51,745 nucleotides of DNA. Source: Chiloscyllium plagiosum (Eukaryota). This document shows, one piece after another, positions 37,664-50,899 of this stretch (its first letter is position 1; the number at the start of each line of letters is the position of its first letter). The notes under the pieces were generated by a model. That model saw only the letters and a list, made by a program, of their open reading frames with translations, was not told where the DNA came from and searched no databases. Made by a program: the position numbers and the translations under genes. The DNA is taken from assembly GCF_004010195.1 (NCBI RefSeq), contig NC_057711.1, positions 75,600,638 to 75,652,382 of the forward strand. Reading direction: 5' to 3'.

Positions 37664-37915
37664 CATTCTGCCAATCATTGTCAGGTATGGCCCTACATGC
37701 TGATTAACTGTAAAGAAATCCAGAAGCCTCACAAACCAAAATATAAAGTCCAGGGAATAGATGATCTTTCCAGCTGCCTGCAATGGCTGGTCAGTCCAAC
37801 GTAAGCCAAACCCTATAACAAAGAGGACTATAGCCACAGAATCATTGAGGTTCCAATACTCTTGGATCCAAACTTTAATCTTCCGGCTGAACTTTCCTGG
37901 CTCTGATGTGAAGAT
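37664..37915 (-). CDS. TRPM6: TRPM6 coding exon, S3-S4 (IFTSEPGKFSRKIKVWIQEYWNLND...FWFVRLLDFFTVNQHVGPYLTMIGRM)
   Basis: SEPGK, EYWN, RLLDFF.VNQH.GPY motifs; cacag| acceptor; frame continuity requires a non-canonical GC donor (ATG|gcaagt); 252 nt, phase 0->0. Confidence 0.92.
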
Positions 37916-39761
37916 CTGTGTGTCAGAAGTCAGAGTGAAAACAAAATCAGTCCAATTTCCTTATGGTTTTTGAATACTATTCAATGTTTAGTAGGACATA
38001 AAACATGCTTTATAGGCAGGATCTAGATTTCAAAACAATATACTGCCCAATTTGTACCAGCTGAAGGACATCTCAAACTGGCTTGGAAGGTAAGAGTATT
38101 GAAGAGTGTGGGGGCAGACTGTTTTGTGGTCCATGTTGTTGAAGGCAACAACATTGGACAGAGTACACATAAAGTCTTGTTTGGAAGGTGCCAGGAACAA
38201 ATAACTCAATTAAATATCAGAATATCAAGGTTTCTAAGTTCTGCCATTATACATCAGCCAGAAGCAGATCAATGGAGCAGTCCACAGACTAGAAGATGAA
38301 CACTTGCTAAAAGAGTCATGTGGAAAAGAGGACTTTTTTTTCATGCACCAGTTCTGGGCTAGGGAGGAGCTTCAATGTCAGGATGGGCTCCACCTGAACC
38401 AGGTGAGGCATTATGAGGCAATCAAGTTCTGCTGAAAGATTTCTTACACATGTCCTCATAAGGCACGTTTGACAGAAGGATTATCTCAGCATGGGTTTCT
38501 GCTTTGACAACTGGAGAGAATACTGGAGGCATAATTAACTGGTTAGAGTACCTTATTCTTCCTGTGATTCTTTTGCCAATGTCTCAATATTTATTTGTGC
38601 ATGATTGAGAGCTGTACTGTTTTCAGTCTCTATTGTTGGTACTTCAATGGCCTGTCTGGCCACTTTGCAGGGTTGTATGAACAGCATTTTTCTTTCCCAT
38701 TGAAAAAAATTCTGAATGGTTATTTCTTTTCTAAGCAATTGCACACATGGTATTGTTACTATATGGCTCATTGGTTTATACATAGTGTACCGGGTGAATG
38801 AGTATCAAATATCCATTATTTAGTATGTTTTTGGATGGGGAACATGAGCTAGTGTAGAGATTATAACAGCCATGGGGGCATCATTTAGCATTAAGTTAAA
38901 ATGGAGAGGGCATGCAAATGTAGAAAGGGGAGGGGTGTGGTGAAGGTCATTAGTTAGACTTTAAAATTTAACTTTCAAAAGGTCCCTGAATCTACACTAT
39001 GGTTCGCAACTCCTCTGAGAACCTGTGAACTATGAGTTTCCAAGAAGTTGGCCTGATTCCAGGAGTGAGTTAGTGAGTATGTGTGTGTACAGATAGAGAG
39101 AAAGATGAGTGAGGTTGGTGGTCAGGCTAGGAGATACCTGTTCTCTCAATGGAAACCAGTCAGTTTTCACGTGGACGGCAGTAGCTTACTGACCAGACTC
39201 TTACCCTGAGACAACAAAACTAAGAAGTGTCAGAAGTGGAGTTATGACCCCTAGAATCAGATCCCACCATCATTTAAAAAAAAGACTTGTTCCAACTCCT
39301 TGAAAATCCAGGCATTAGTAGCTTTCTCCAGTTCCTATGCTCTCACAGATAATCTTTTATTGATCTTTAAGAAATTGCAGTTATCACAAAACAATAGTCA
39401 TAGGTCTGTGCTGTATATCAAACATTTCTTGAAACCTGGCCAAGTTTACATTAAACAAGTTAACTTTTAGCCCACCCTATATAAAGTACGTCTCCAGGCC
39501 AACAGGCCTTTTATCTTGAATGAGAATGCATTCATAATTGTAGACATCTCTGTAGAGACAGCATAGGTCACAAAACTTTTGTCTAAACAATAGTGATAGT
39601 CAAGAATAGAATTAAACATGACAGGATTCTTTTCTCAAAAGGATTCTTAGGTTCTCTGTGCTATTAACTTGGTACTGCATTAATTAGTCATGGTGGAAGT
39701 TTACAAATTGTCCATCCTTTATAGCTGCATGACGTCTTAAGAGTAAACTGCAGAGTGACCT

Positions 39762-40438
39762 TGTAAAAAGGTTGGAAATTTCACCACTGAGATTATGGCT
39801 TTGGGGTTAGATAGGAGTGAGATGGTCCTATGGCTTTTGTCCTGTTTATTTTTAATGAAGAAAGGTTGAGACAGAGGTGCCAAAGTATTCTCTATGCCAA
39901 TAAAGAAAGCAGCTTGTGAGGGCTTTTTTAAAAATGTTGGAACAATAGAAGCAGCCTGAACGGATGGGGTCAAGCTCCCACAGGAGCAGGACTTTTAGCT
40001 TTTGCTTATAGCAGTTGCTGGAGTCTTCAAGCTGGATGTGGAAACTTTAATTCCTCTCTCTGTTACAGCTAAAAGCTGGGGTTCTCTTCCTGCTGCTAGA
40101 ATTGCATGTGAGAGAATTTATTTGACTGAATTTGCTTTGCCAAGGGTGTATTAATGGGATGTTACTATATTAGAACATTTAATGAATAGTAGTCAATACG
40201 TATGTTATTTTGTTAAGCATTTCAATAGTTCCAGTTAAGCCAATTCTTTTCTTTTTATTTTGGCTGTATTGTAACTACAGTGTAAAAATAAAGTGTGTTT
40301 TGCTTAAAGTTGAGGAGTTTGGCCAATCCAGTTGCACATGGAATGCAATGCCTTACACTTACCTTCAAAATAAGAAAATGTTAGCGTCTAGCCTATCTTC
40401 CTCATACAGTTTGATAGGGTTTGGTCTGGTCCATGACA
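39762..40438 (+). mobile_element. Candidate solo LTR
   Basis: TG...CA ends (tgtaaa...catgaca), AATAAA at 40287 followed by a GT-rich stretch; no convincing TSD, left edge uncertain. Confidence 0.35.
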
Positions 40439-42110
40439 GAGGAGGCTGGAAGACTGGCAAAGTGGCATGGAGAGGTGTGTCCTTGTGTTCTCGCCAGTAG
40501 CTGTAAATTTGCCAGTAGCTGTAAAGCTGCCAAGTGAGTCACCTGCCTGGAGCCAAATTGAACACATCCCATCTCCAACAGCATTTTTCCTCCTTTGGGA
40601 GTAACCTGCCACCATGTGGAGAGACTATCTAGTGAATCCTGGTGACCTCTCAGTGTGCTCCAGTGGTGGTTAAAAAGGCTGCCCTTATTGGTGGGCGGTT
40701 GGAGAGCATGAGTTGGGACTATGTTAACAAAGGGTGCATGTGGGACCATGAGGGTGGTTAGAAGGGCATGGCTGAGCATGTGGCATATGAGGGGCCAAAA
40801 GAGTGAGTACGTAGGGTTCATAAGGTGGCATAAGTTGACATGGATAGGCACGTGGAGTATGTTAGGCTGGGTTGAAGACCAGAGAGCACTTATTTTGTTT
40901 TATTTTTTTACCTTGCAAGTCCAACAGCACCAGGCCAGTTTGCAAACCCTACCTCTGCACATAGTTGCTCATGTAACTGTATCTGCACAGTTTCCAGGAT
41001 TGGTGAGCCACTTCTGTTAACACTCTGAAATCTCCCTTCCAGAATGAGAATTAGACTGGCTGAGACACATATCCTCAGTGTTGGATTTGTGAAATTGAGA
41101 TTTGGTCTGACTCTATACTCTTGACCTGAATGAAAATTCAGCCTGTTGTGTTTTGTTAGGGAAAGTTTATACCAAGTACTCATATGGTCCTATCCCACAT
41201 TCCTATAACTAGCATTTCACATGTCAGCACTGACAGTCAGAGATAAAATAAGAGCTTTTGTTAAGGTCTGAAGTTGTTCAAGTTCACTGCAAACACCAAG
41301 TAAAAAGATGAAGTACTGTTAGTTGAGCTTATGTTCAGCTTCACTGGAGTAATCAAAGGTAAAGTCTTGGACTTTAGAATAGGACTGCAATGGAGAACTG
41401 AAATGCCCCATAGTAAGAAGGATGGGGTTACACAGAGGTTTCTGTTTGAGTGCAATTTGAAAATGCATCATGAAAACACAATATTGCAGTATAATTGGGC
41501 CATTAATGCAATAAAGACTTATTGCTACTTCCATTTCAAATACAAGGAGACTTCAGTGTTCCAAGCCTTTGGAGAACATTTGCAGGATCATTGAGCAAAC
41601 TTAGTGTGCTGCCTTAACGGGTCACGTATGAGCCCTGGAGACATTGTGAACAACTCCTAATTTACTGGCAAAAAACAAGATAAAGGTGATAAGCTGCATA
41701 TGTGTGTAAAGTTTTACAGCATTTGGTCGTCACGTGCACCTGATACATGGAAACGTTTGTGTGTGGCTGGTCATAAAACACTAGATATGACTCAATAAAA
41801 TGTGTTAGACTTGAACGATGCTGGCATCAGTGCACTGACCTCAAGGCATTCTTACGCTGTTTGTATTCATTAGCAAAGTCAAATATTTCAGTAGTATCAT
41901 AGAGTGAAAATTCCAGAATCTTAGAAAAGCACCAGAGGAGAAAAGTCCTTGTAGAGCACATTTGCAAAGGCCATTTGTTGCCCAGAGAGAAAGGTCATTG
42001 GGACCGTTACTGAAGCTTGTGGAATTAAACAGAGACTCGGTTCATGCTATTTAAATTAGTTACTTGATTTTTTTCAGAAGCCAGAAGAAATTACTCTGGT
42101 CCTTATTCAC

Positions 42111-42239
42111 CTCTCTGGCTTTCTCCACAGCTGTAGTGAAAATATAGACAATGACAATCCATTCTTGGACACTGGGCAGAGGTTCCATTTTCACTAAAAC
42201 TGTGTAAGTAAACAGCATCAGGAATCCCAAATAAGCTAT
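42111..42239 (-). CDS. TRPM6: TRPM6 coding exon, S1-S2 ([43 protein letters not shown])
   Basis: Transmembrane segments with PSVQEW motif; ccacag| and |gtgaat; 129 nt, phase 0->0. Confidence 0.95.
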
Positions 42240-43052
42240 CTGTGGACAATAAAATGGAAAAGAAGTGTTAAATAGAATGTTAATTATTGTAAGAAGATTT
42301 TTGCTAAGAGTTTGGCACAAAGATTAGGCAAGAGTCACAAGTTGTTCTGTTAATACCAACTTCCAATAAGAAGCTGTTTCCTGTATTTTGCCACACATCA
42401 CTTCTCTATTCTGTATGCTTCTGAGTGCAAAAAACATTTCTGCCAAACATTTCTTTTTCATTGAAGCCCCTGTCAAATGTATAGAAACAGTGATAACTAG
42501 CTCAAGGTATCCTGAAGTTTTGGGTTACCATGAGCACGGCATCTTCCTCCAGGGTCCAGACTTCATATGTAGCAAATCAAAGCTTTGACCACCATATGTA
42601 TTATTATAACAGAAGAAGGGAAAATTCTCATAATCAGTGGCTTAGCAGGACACATCTTTGTCCTATAAATACAGACTAATCTTCAGTGAACCATTAGAAT
42701 GCAGTTTTCTCCCAGTGTAGTCATTTCTCAAATGTAATATGATATCAGATAAACTGGTGTTTGGGAGCAATGGAAGAAATGTATTTATTTAAGTACAGAA
42801 AATTAAGGCCTAACATTTTGTCTGGTAAATGAAAAACTGCACATCCAAAGTTTCCTTGAGAACTTTGTAGCATCACTTTTTAACCCTTTGTAGGACCACT
42901 TGTGGTAACCTTGAAAACCATTAAGAGTTGAAAATAATTAACAGGCAACAGCATGAGAGTTATTCACATGCCAGTGATGATTGTTTAGACATTTATATCA
43001 ATCAGCATGGTTTGAAATTCTAATTGGTTAGTAGTTGTGGGGTTAGACAAAC

Positions 43053-43187
43053 CGTATGGAACCAGAACTTGACAATCGGGGCACTGTAGAATTCATAAGC
43101 TTTTCTCGTCCAAGGGAGTCCTTTCTGTCTTGCACCGATGATTTCATTCACAATCTTTTCTGAGCCATTTTCTATATCAAACTCCAT
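43053..43187 (-). CDS. TRPM6: TRPM6 coding exon (MEFDIENG...LPWTRKAYEFYSAPIVKFWFHT)
   Basis: LPWTRK.YEFYSAPIVKFWF motif preceding S1; tctctaag| acceptor, |gtttgt donor; 135 nt, phase 0->0. Confidence 0.9.
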
Positions 43188-44411
43188 CTTAGAGAAATAG
43201 AAAGCATTCTTGACATGACTATTGCAGACTATTGAATAGATATTTAAAATATGTGAGTATCGAATACAATCCATAGTGAAAATAAATGGAGGTAATAGGC
43301 AATCTTCTAAGTGGCATGTAATGAGTTTGGAGTGAAACCTGGGATTGTTCATGAACCAGACAGGCAGCATTTTACAATATAATTTGAACACAAACTTGTC
43401 TTAAGCTAGCTCCTAGTACACCTGAAAACAGGTTTTTCAAAACAAACTTTTTTTAATCACAAGTATCTGGTCTGTCACCTTTGAACAATCTAATATTAGT
43501 TGAAAATTACATTTAAAAAGACATACAAAACTATTCATGGATTGCATTGGTGCTTAGTAGTCAGTTTCTGTATAGATTAAAAATATAAATTTAAAAGCTC
43601 GTTTTAAAATGCCCAATAATATCTCACTACTAAAAAAACATTTTAAGAGAAAAGCTAAAACTGCACCCGCTGCAAATCTGAAATAAGAATATTAAAAGGC
43701 GGAAAAACCCATGTGGTCAGGCAACATTTGTGGAGATGATATTTCATCAGAACTGAAGAGAAACAGAGAGTAAGAGTTTTTAAACTGGGTGGAAGGGGAA
43801 CAGGGGCAAGAGAAACAAATTAAGACTGAATGACAAGTAAATTCAACTTAGGAAAATCCCATTTGGATATAACCTTTGTTTCTTCACTATAATCCATTAC
43901 CACACTTTTTTTGCTTTTGCATTATAATATTTTTTAATTTAATCTCCACTGGCCTTCACCTTTCACAGATCATCATCTTTGTTCTTTTTGTCACCTCCTT
44001 CTCATCCAGAGACTTAAAAACTCTTAAATCTCTATTTCCCATCAGGTCTGATTAAAGATAGTCAACCTGAATCACTACATTTGTTTCCCTCTACAAATGC
44101 TGCCTTAATTGCTGAGTTATTCCAATCTTTTATAAAACTTCTTATTAATTTTATATTGTACTCTGAAGACCTGCAAATGGATATAATTAGAAGAAGCTCA
44201 CAATAGTGCTTCATTCAATATGCCAGTTTTGTCGACAGATGTGGATTCTAGAATGAATTTGTTTCAAATATTAATGCAAACAACTATGGAAATTCAATCT
44301 GTGATTAAAGATCCTGATAACTTGTAGTGGTTTGGCAGATTCCAGGTAAAAGCCAACACAATACAGCAGAAATTTTATGCCAAGGTGCTTTAAGGTAAAC
44401 ATTACACTTAC

Positions 44412-44567
44412 AGAAGATTGATCATCCCTAGCAGCGCTGGAGTTTTGTGCACTGCACTGTCGAACAAACTGATGAAACTCCTGAGATTGAGGTATGTGAG
44501 ACATTTCAGCTTTACTCTTAAACTCCAGCATCAGAATCGTAGGAGGTAGAAGAATGCTCAAAATGAC
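44412..44567 (-). CDS. TRPM6: TRPM6 coding exon ([34 protein letters not shown]...DDQSS)
   Basis: [20 protein letters not shown] motif; tattag| acceptor, |gtaagt donor; 156 nt, phase 0->0. Confidence 0.93.
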
Positions 44568-44849
44568 CTAATAGATAAAAGAAGCCAGATTACAAATCAC
44601 AACAAAATATTTGCACAGTCAATATTGTATAAAGGGAAATAAAGTCAGTGTGATAAAAGTAGAAGATGGTGTAAAAAGGTCATTGATCTCTCAGACTGGG
44701 CAGAATTTTATCTCTCCAGCCATGGTGGAGGTGAAAAGGTAGTTAATTGTGCGGGGTGGTGTTGTATATAAACCTTGATTCCTTTGTGACGCCACTGAAA
44801 TTAGGTTCTGCCTTCTTAAAGCAGTGTGTAAGACCACCCATTGTGCCAT

Positions 44850-45420
44850 AAGAAAGGAAGCTCCAGAATGTTGACCCAGTGACAGAGTTAAAATAGTAAG
44901 TCAGGATAGTGAGTGGCTTGGACAGTAACTTTCAGTGTTGGTGTTTCCTTGTACCTGCTGCCGTTGTCCTTCTTGGTGGTAGAGGTTGCAGCTTTGGAAG
45001 GTGCTGTCTAAGCAGCTTTGTTGAATTATTGCAGTGCATCCTGTAAATGATCTGTACTGCTGCCACTGTACATCCAGAGTGGAGGGAACAAATGATAAGG
45101 GTTCAGATAGGGTGCCAATCAAGCTGCCTGTATTGTCCTGGTTGGTATGAAGCTTTTAGAGTAATACTGGGGTATACCCATCCAGGCAAGTGGGGAATCA
45201 AACTCCCAGCTTGTGCCTTGACAGACTTTAAGAAGTCCGGTGAGTAACCAATGGCAGAATTCCTGCTCTTGTAGCCACAGTATTTAGGTGGTGGTCCAGT
45301 TCAGTTTCCAATCAATGGTAATGGGATTCCATGACGGTAATGTTATTGAATATCAAAGGTAACAGTTAGATTCTCGATAATTGGAGAGGCTTATTATTTG
45401 GCCCTTGTGTGGCACAAATG
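44850..45420 (-). mobile_element. Decayed non-LTR retrotransposon 3' fragment
   Basis: Complementary to the 6075-6280 and 48330-48645 type tail (cactatcctgactt, cagcaccttccaaa); overlaps the RT family at 1735-2056. Confidence 0.55.
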
Positions 45421-46456
45421 TTAACTACAAACATAAGCGCATATATATCAGTTAGGAACAGGAGTTGGCCATTTGGCCGTTCAACCAACTATGCCACATA
45501 AAAGATAATGTGGTACAGGAGGTTTCTACAAAGAAACCCATTGTCAGCACTAATAGTACGCATGGGTTTAAAAGAACAATTATAGCAACAGCTTCTGAGA
45601 ACCTATATGGCAGAAGAATAAATAATTAAAAGGAGACAAATATTGCAAGAGTGGATTTCATAATGAACTATTATGTCTAGCTGATACCACAGCAAAAGCA
45701 AAATACTGCAGACACAAATTAAAATAGAAATTGCTGAAAAATCTTCGCAGGTCTAGCAGCAACTAGGGAGAGGGAAATAATGTAAGTATTTCAAGTTTTT
45801 GTCCTCCCATCAGTTTTCTAACAAGATGTATCCAGACAAGATGATTAACTTCAAAGATTCACTGATGCCTGCCATTATGGATGTTGGATAGCTAATTAGA
45901 AATGAAGAATGCAGCCATCATTTAATCAAAGCTGTTAAATATTACAGCAGCAAAACCTGCCAGGCAATTTTGCTGTGCTTTTGACCATACTTTGATTGAC
46001 AGTTTCACTGACTGCAGAGCAATCTGTTTTGATTTTGGTTTGTTTCAGCTCAGATTTCAAAGCAATGAGGAATTGCTACTCTGTTTTAGATTATTTTCAT
46101 TTTTATTGAGTTTTAGTCTTGCTGGTTGATGAACTAGCCAGTGGACTATAAATTGGTGCATAAAGTTTGCACTTACATGGAAACATTGTTATTTTCAAGA
46201 TCAAAGGTACTTCAAGTTACTCTATTACTTTGCTTTATATTTGCTAAGAAAAATGAATTGCTTCATGTGTCCACTTTATTAGACTTTCTTCTCTATTGAC
46301 TTTACCTCCAATTAATCTGATTTATAGTCTGGGATATACAAGATGGATAAATGTTGTTTGTTTGTCATTCAGAAAGTTCCAGAAATTAGAAGGTGTCACA
46401 GACTATTTCCAGTCAGTTCATCAGCTGCCGAAAAGAATTGTTACACAACCCAGGCA

Positions 46457-46673
46457 CGAGCTGAAAATGTGTTGCTGGAAAAGCGCAGCAGGTCAGGCAG
46501 CATCCAAGGAACAGGAGAATCGACGTTTCGGGCATAAGCCCTTCTTCAGGAATCTTATGCCCGAAACGTCGATTCTCATGTTCCTTGGATGCTGCCTGAC
46601 CTGCTGCGCTTTTCCAGCAACACATTTTCAGCTCTGATCTCCAGCATCTGCAGTCCTCACTTTCTCCTCGAAG
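46457..46673 (+). mobile_element. Palindromic PLE-derived retroposon, family A, with central deletion
   Basis: Same arms and tail as 28774 copy; TSD acacaacccaggca at 46443-56 and 46674-87. Confidence 0.88.
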
Positions 46674-47096
46674 ACACAACCCAGGCAGTCTTGTTAAACT
46701 TTTTCCGTTTCAGCTGCTGATTCTTGCAAGGAACAATTCCATAATGCACCACAGGCAATGTTTAAAGAACAAATAGGCACCTCAGCAATGAAGCAGCAGA
46801 GTGACAAATAATAAGGCAGAACTCAAGTTGTTTATTGCAGTTTTCAGCATAGCCATTGGGATAATTGACCTTCTTGTGAGTTGTAACCATAGTGGAGAAA
46901 CTGACGTTCACAAAGAACTTAAAAATCATCACAACATGATCATTAAAACTCACTCTTACATATTTATAAACCAAATTGTGGGATATAGGTAAAGTAGTAT
47001 TACTTTTGCAATCATAATTACTTATGCAAGGTAAATGAACTCACACCAGTGTATAATTGTTTCAGCCAAGAGCTGAGTCAACAAGAATGAAAACTA

Positions 47097-47699
47097 TGTG
47101 AAAGAAATACATAATTGTTTTTGTATTAGCTAAAATGTGCATGCAAGAATGAAATGTGCCTGCAAACAATGGTAGATGTTACAGACAAATAGATAAGGTG
47201 CTGTGAGGGGAGGGGGTTAAGCTAGATATGCCTGTACAAACAGTAGTTATAAGCATCTATTTCCCGCTTTTGCAAAAACAAGAACAAACCACAATCAAGA
47301 AGTCATGAGGTCATAAGGTCATGCAAGTGAGGGAAACAGATGGTAGTGAAGGAGGATATACCTAACAATGGACCATGGTGGGATGTGGTCAAACGACCTT
47401 GTGAGGCCAGAAATAAGCATTTTGTCACAGACAAGGCCAGAAAAGGCAAGAGATGAACAAGAGTAATGGGCGCCAGTCTTAGAGAAGTGGGAGATGTAAA
47501 CAGGGGAGGAGCAATGGGAGGATGGAATAGGAAAGAATTACATAAATGATGCATACTAGTTGAATTCAATCTGTGTGTGTCCCTGCCTTGTGGACAGTGG
47601 ACACCACACCCCTCTTACAAGAGCGAAATAAATGACACTACTGATTCAGATCTTGTCTCGGACTGAAATTATTGAAGTGAGTGAGCTTCGTTTCTCACA
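47097..47699 (+). mobile_element. Candidate solo LTR (~600 bp)
   Basis: Short terminal inverted repeat tgtgaaagaaa...tttctcaca, TATA-like cataaat ~47541, AATAAA at 47627; TSD degenerate. Confidence 0.5.
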
Positions 47700-47989
47700 A
47701 AATGAACCATATAGAACACATCCAAAGGCACTGAAGACAATAAAAATAGAAATACGAGGAAGCTGTTGGTGTAATGTTTCACAGTTCATTCAATACTGGG
47801 ATAGGATCAAACATTTATTAAATAAAATAACTAATCTTTTTCATAGTAAGCTCAGACGCATTATTCTGAAAACAACAGACTGACAGGATAACAGTTACAT
47901 GAGGAGATCTGCTCTAATTGATTGATCTAATCTACAACATAACCTGTTCATCGACACAGTTTGTGGACCACCAGTGCCACTTAGTTTCG

Positions 47990-48645
47990 GATCTCATTAC
48001 ACCCTTTGTCCAAACACTGGCAAAAGTGCTGAATTCCAGAGGTGAAGTGAGAGTGACATCAAAGCAGCATTTGACCGAGTGTGGATTCAAAGAGTCCATG
48101 CAAAACTCAAGTCAATAGGAGTCGGGGAAAAGTCTCCAATGTTGGGAGTCATACCTAGCACAAATGAAGATAATTGTGAGTTGTTAATTACCTTAGTCCA
48201 AGGACATCTCTGCATGTCCTTGGCCCAACCATCTTCAGCTGCTGTAATAATAGGACATAACAGAGAGCTTAACTGGTACTCAATTCACCACCTTAAACAT
48301 TCATTCCCTCAACTGTTGACGCATAGTGCATAGCATGTATAAGATGCACTGCAGCAATGCATCAGGCTTCTTTGACAGCACCTTCCAAACTCAAATACCT
48401 AGAAAGAACTGGACAATAGAACCACCTACAAGTTCTTCACTAAACCATGCACTTTCTTGACTTGGAACTGAAATGCCATTCCCTGACTGTTGTTGGGTCA
48501 AATTCCTGGAAATTTCTTCCTGAAGCACTATAAGTGTAGCTACACTGCAAAGACTACAACAATTCAAGAAAGCAGCTCACAATTACCTTCTTTATTAGAG
48601 ATGGGTAATAATTGCTAGCTAAGCCAGAGACACCACATCTTGTAA
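47990..48645 (+). mobile_element. Decayed non-LTR retrotransposon fragments
   Basis: DIKAAFDRVW and LGPTIFSC remnants followed by the 3' tail of the same family. Confidence 0.6.
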
Positions 48646-48829
48646 AAGAACTTTTAGAAATTAAATTATTTGAAGCTTAGAAATTTGAGGAGTAGAATGA
48701 ACAAGTTCTAACAAGTTGGACATTATCAATCTGGGAGTCAAAAAGCCATTACAAGACTGGATTCTGAAACTGTTGTAGATAAAAGAACATTTTGGAAAGA
48801 ATATTCCCTGCCCACTGCTGTTTCTTTAC

Positions 48830-49058
48830 CTTAAAACACGAGTTCTTCCTCATATTCAGCCGTCCCATCCAGATATCAGTTAGGAGCATCTGAGTGCATG
48901 TGTGAGAGACAAAGGGCCGAAGTCCTGATGACACTGCCAGTTTCAAACATGTGGAATTGCTCCAATTCTTCAGCTCATATGTCAGCAGTTTCATTGCCAT
49001 TCGTTCATTCTGTTTGAATGCTTGGTCTAAAAGATCCACAGCAAGCTGTCCAAATTCC
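48830..49058 (-). CDS. TRPM6: TRPM6 coding exon (MHR4/pre-S1; [76 protein letters not shown])
   Basis: Translation matches the recalled TRPM6/7 motif [29 protein letters not shown] and [10 protein letters not shown] are TRPM6-type. Acceptor cctag|, donor |gtaaag; 229 nt, phase 2->0. Confidence 0.95.
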
Positions 49059-50899
49059 CTAGGATATGAGGTTCATCATGCACAGAAGGAGGAAATAAAT
49101 AATCTTGTTTAAAAAATAAAAATTTTAAAGCAATACCAAACCTTTTTATAGCCATAAAAATGAAGTTTTAAACACAGTGATAGCAATATTGTTCAGAATA
49201 TAGCTGTAAGTAATTGTATATGGTTATCCCAATTGTAAAATGAGAGATTGCCTGTGGACATTTCCTTCACACTGTTGTTAAAGGTCTATTGCCTGACAAT
49301 GTACATTATTGTGCTAACTTACCAAAAGATATAGGACAAATACATGGCGGATAGGAGCTAGAGAGGTGTGGTGTGATGAGCATCTAACATGAGTTTTATA
49401 TGCCCTTTAGAATCACTTTCTGCACATATTTTGATTTAAAACATCTTAGAGGACAATACCTCTGCCTATGAACTCAGAGCTCCCCAGAAAAAAAGCTCAG
49501 AATAACAGTGAGCTGAACTGAATCACAATAGGAGCAGGAGTCCACATGCTGATGTGAAGTGAATAAAGATTGACTGAGTTTGTCTACGTTGACATTTGAT
49601 TCTAAACATAGCATCTCTGCAGATGACCATGTCAGACTAGGGCCCTGGTTACATCAGGGTCCAATTACCAGAGCCTGGGGGCCATTGAGCTCAAGTCAGG
49701 GGCTTGTGACACAGGCTGGGAGCAAAGGCCAGGAACATTACCTTGGCCTGCCATTTCTCTCCCTGCCCCTAGGTCAGACATACATAGATCCCTGAAATCT
49801 AATGAAAACAGATGTTCATATTTGACTTGAAGCCTGTACTACTAAAGGCAAGACATGGGTTTTATTATTTAAATGTTTCAACTAGCAATTTGACAAGGAG
49901 ACAGTCTGAAATTATGAATCTTTGGAATTCTCAACGCCAGAGAACTTTAGGTGCTCAATATTGAGTACGGAGTAAGAAAAATATAAATGGATTAAGGATA
50001 ATAATACATTTAGAGATAGTGAAGAAAGATAAGGTTGAGGTGAAAAAAAATTCAACTGTGATCTTGTTATTGACAGGCAAGGCTCAATATGCCAAATGGC
50101 CTATTGCAACTTTTATTTCATGTGCTCTATTTAATAACATCTTGTTTAATTTGAAAGCCACTTAACAGTGAACATTCAAAGTGAAGGAAAATTATTTCTT
50201 GTGAGGACGCATATTTCATGGAAAATGGAAGAAATTAGTGCTGGGACCTTACATTGTTCTTGATCTATATTAATCTCTTGGTTGAGGAACCGCTTGCGTT
50301 GTAGCCAAATTTGGTGATATATAAGATCAGTAGAAAAGCAGGATGTGAGGAGAATACAATGAGTGGAATCTGATTCTTCCCCAGAAGGGCAGTATCCTTT
50401 AAGGGCTTCAAGTGGCTACTTAATGTTCTCATCATGCTCATGTCTGTGTTCAACTAGCAGCACACATGGTCTACATATCATACAACGTGCCAGGAAAATG
50501 GCAACACGGTAAGTGCCTAATTTTCTAAGGTACTTCAAACTAGATCGAAATACCAATATAAATACATGTAAATGTATATCGAGAAAGCCTTAAACCATTT
50601 AATTTTCCCTTTTATTTCTTGGAATGAGATGGGGGGGGGCTACAAACAAGGAAAGAAGTACACTACACTTTGACCTTTATTTATTTCATTAAGTTATGTG
50701 CCATGCACAATCGAAATACATTTAAGGTGACACATTGTAACACTTCAGCTGAATCAGTACTACAATAAATCAGGCCAAGTGTGTGCAATGCTTGCACGGT
50801 TGTTGCTACTAACTCTCCAGCCAGTGAACAGGCCCAATGCTGCATAAACATTAAAATGTAGCCAAAGGAAGGGATACAGATATGTTGTGTGAATGGGAC

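Noticed and set aside
6804..49058. Assignment as TRPM7
   Set aside because: [40 protein letters not shown] and the long GGYVNWAF-containing exon fit TRPM6 better. A phylogeny would confirm.
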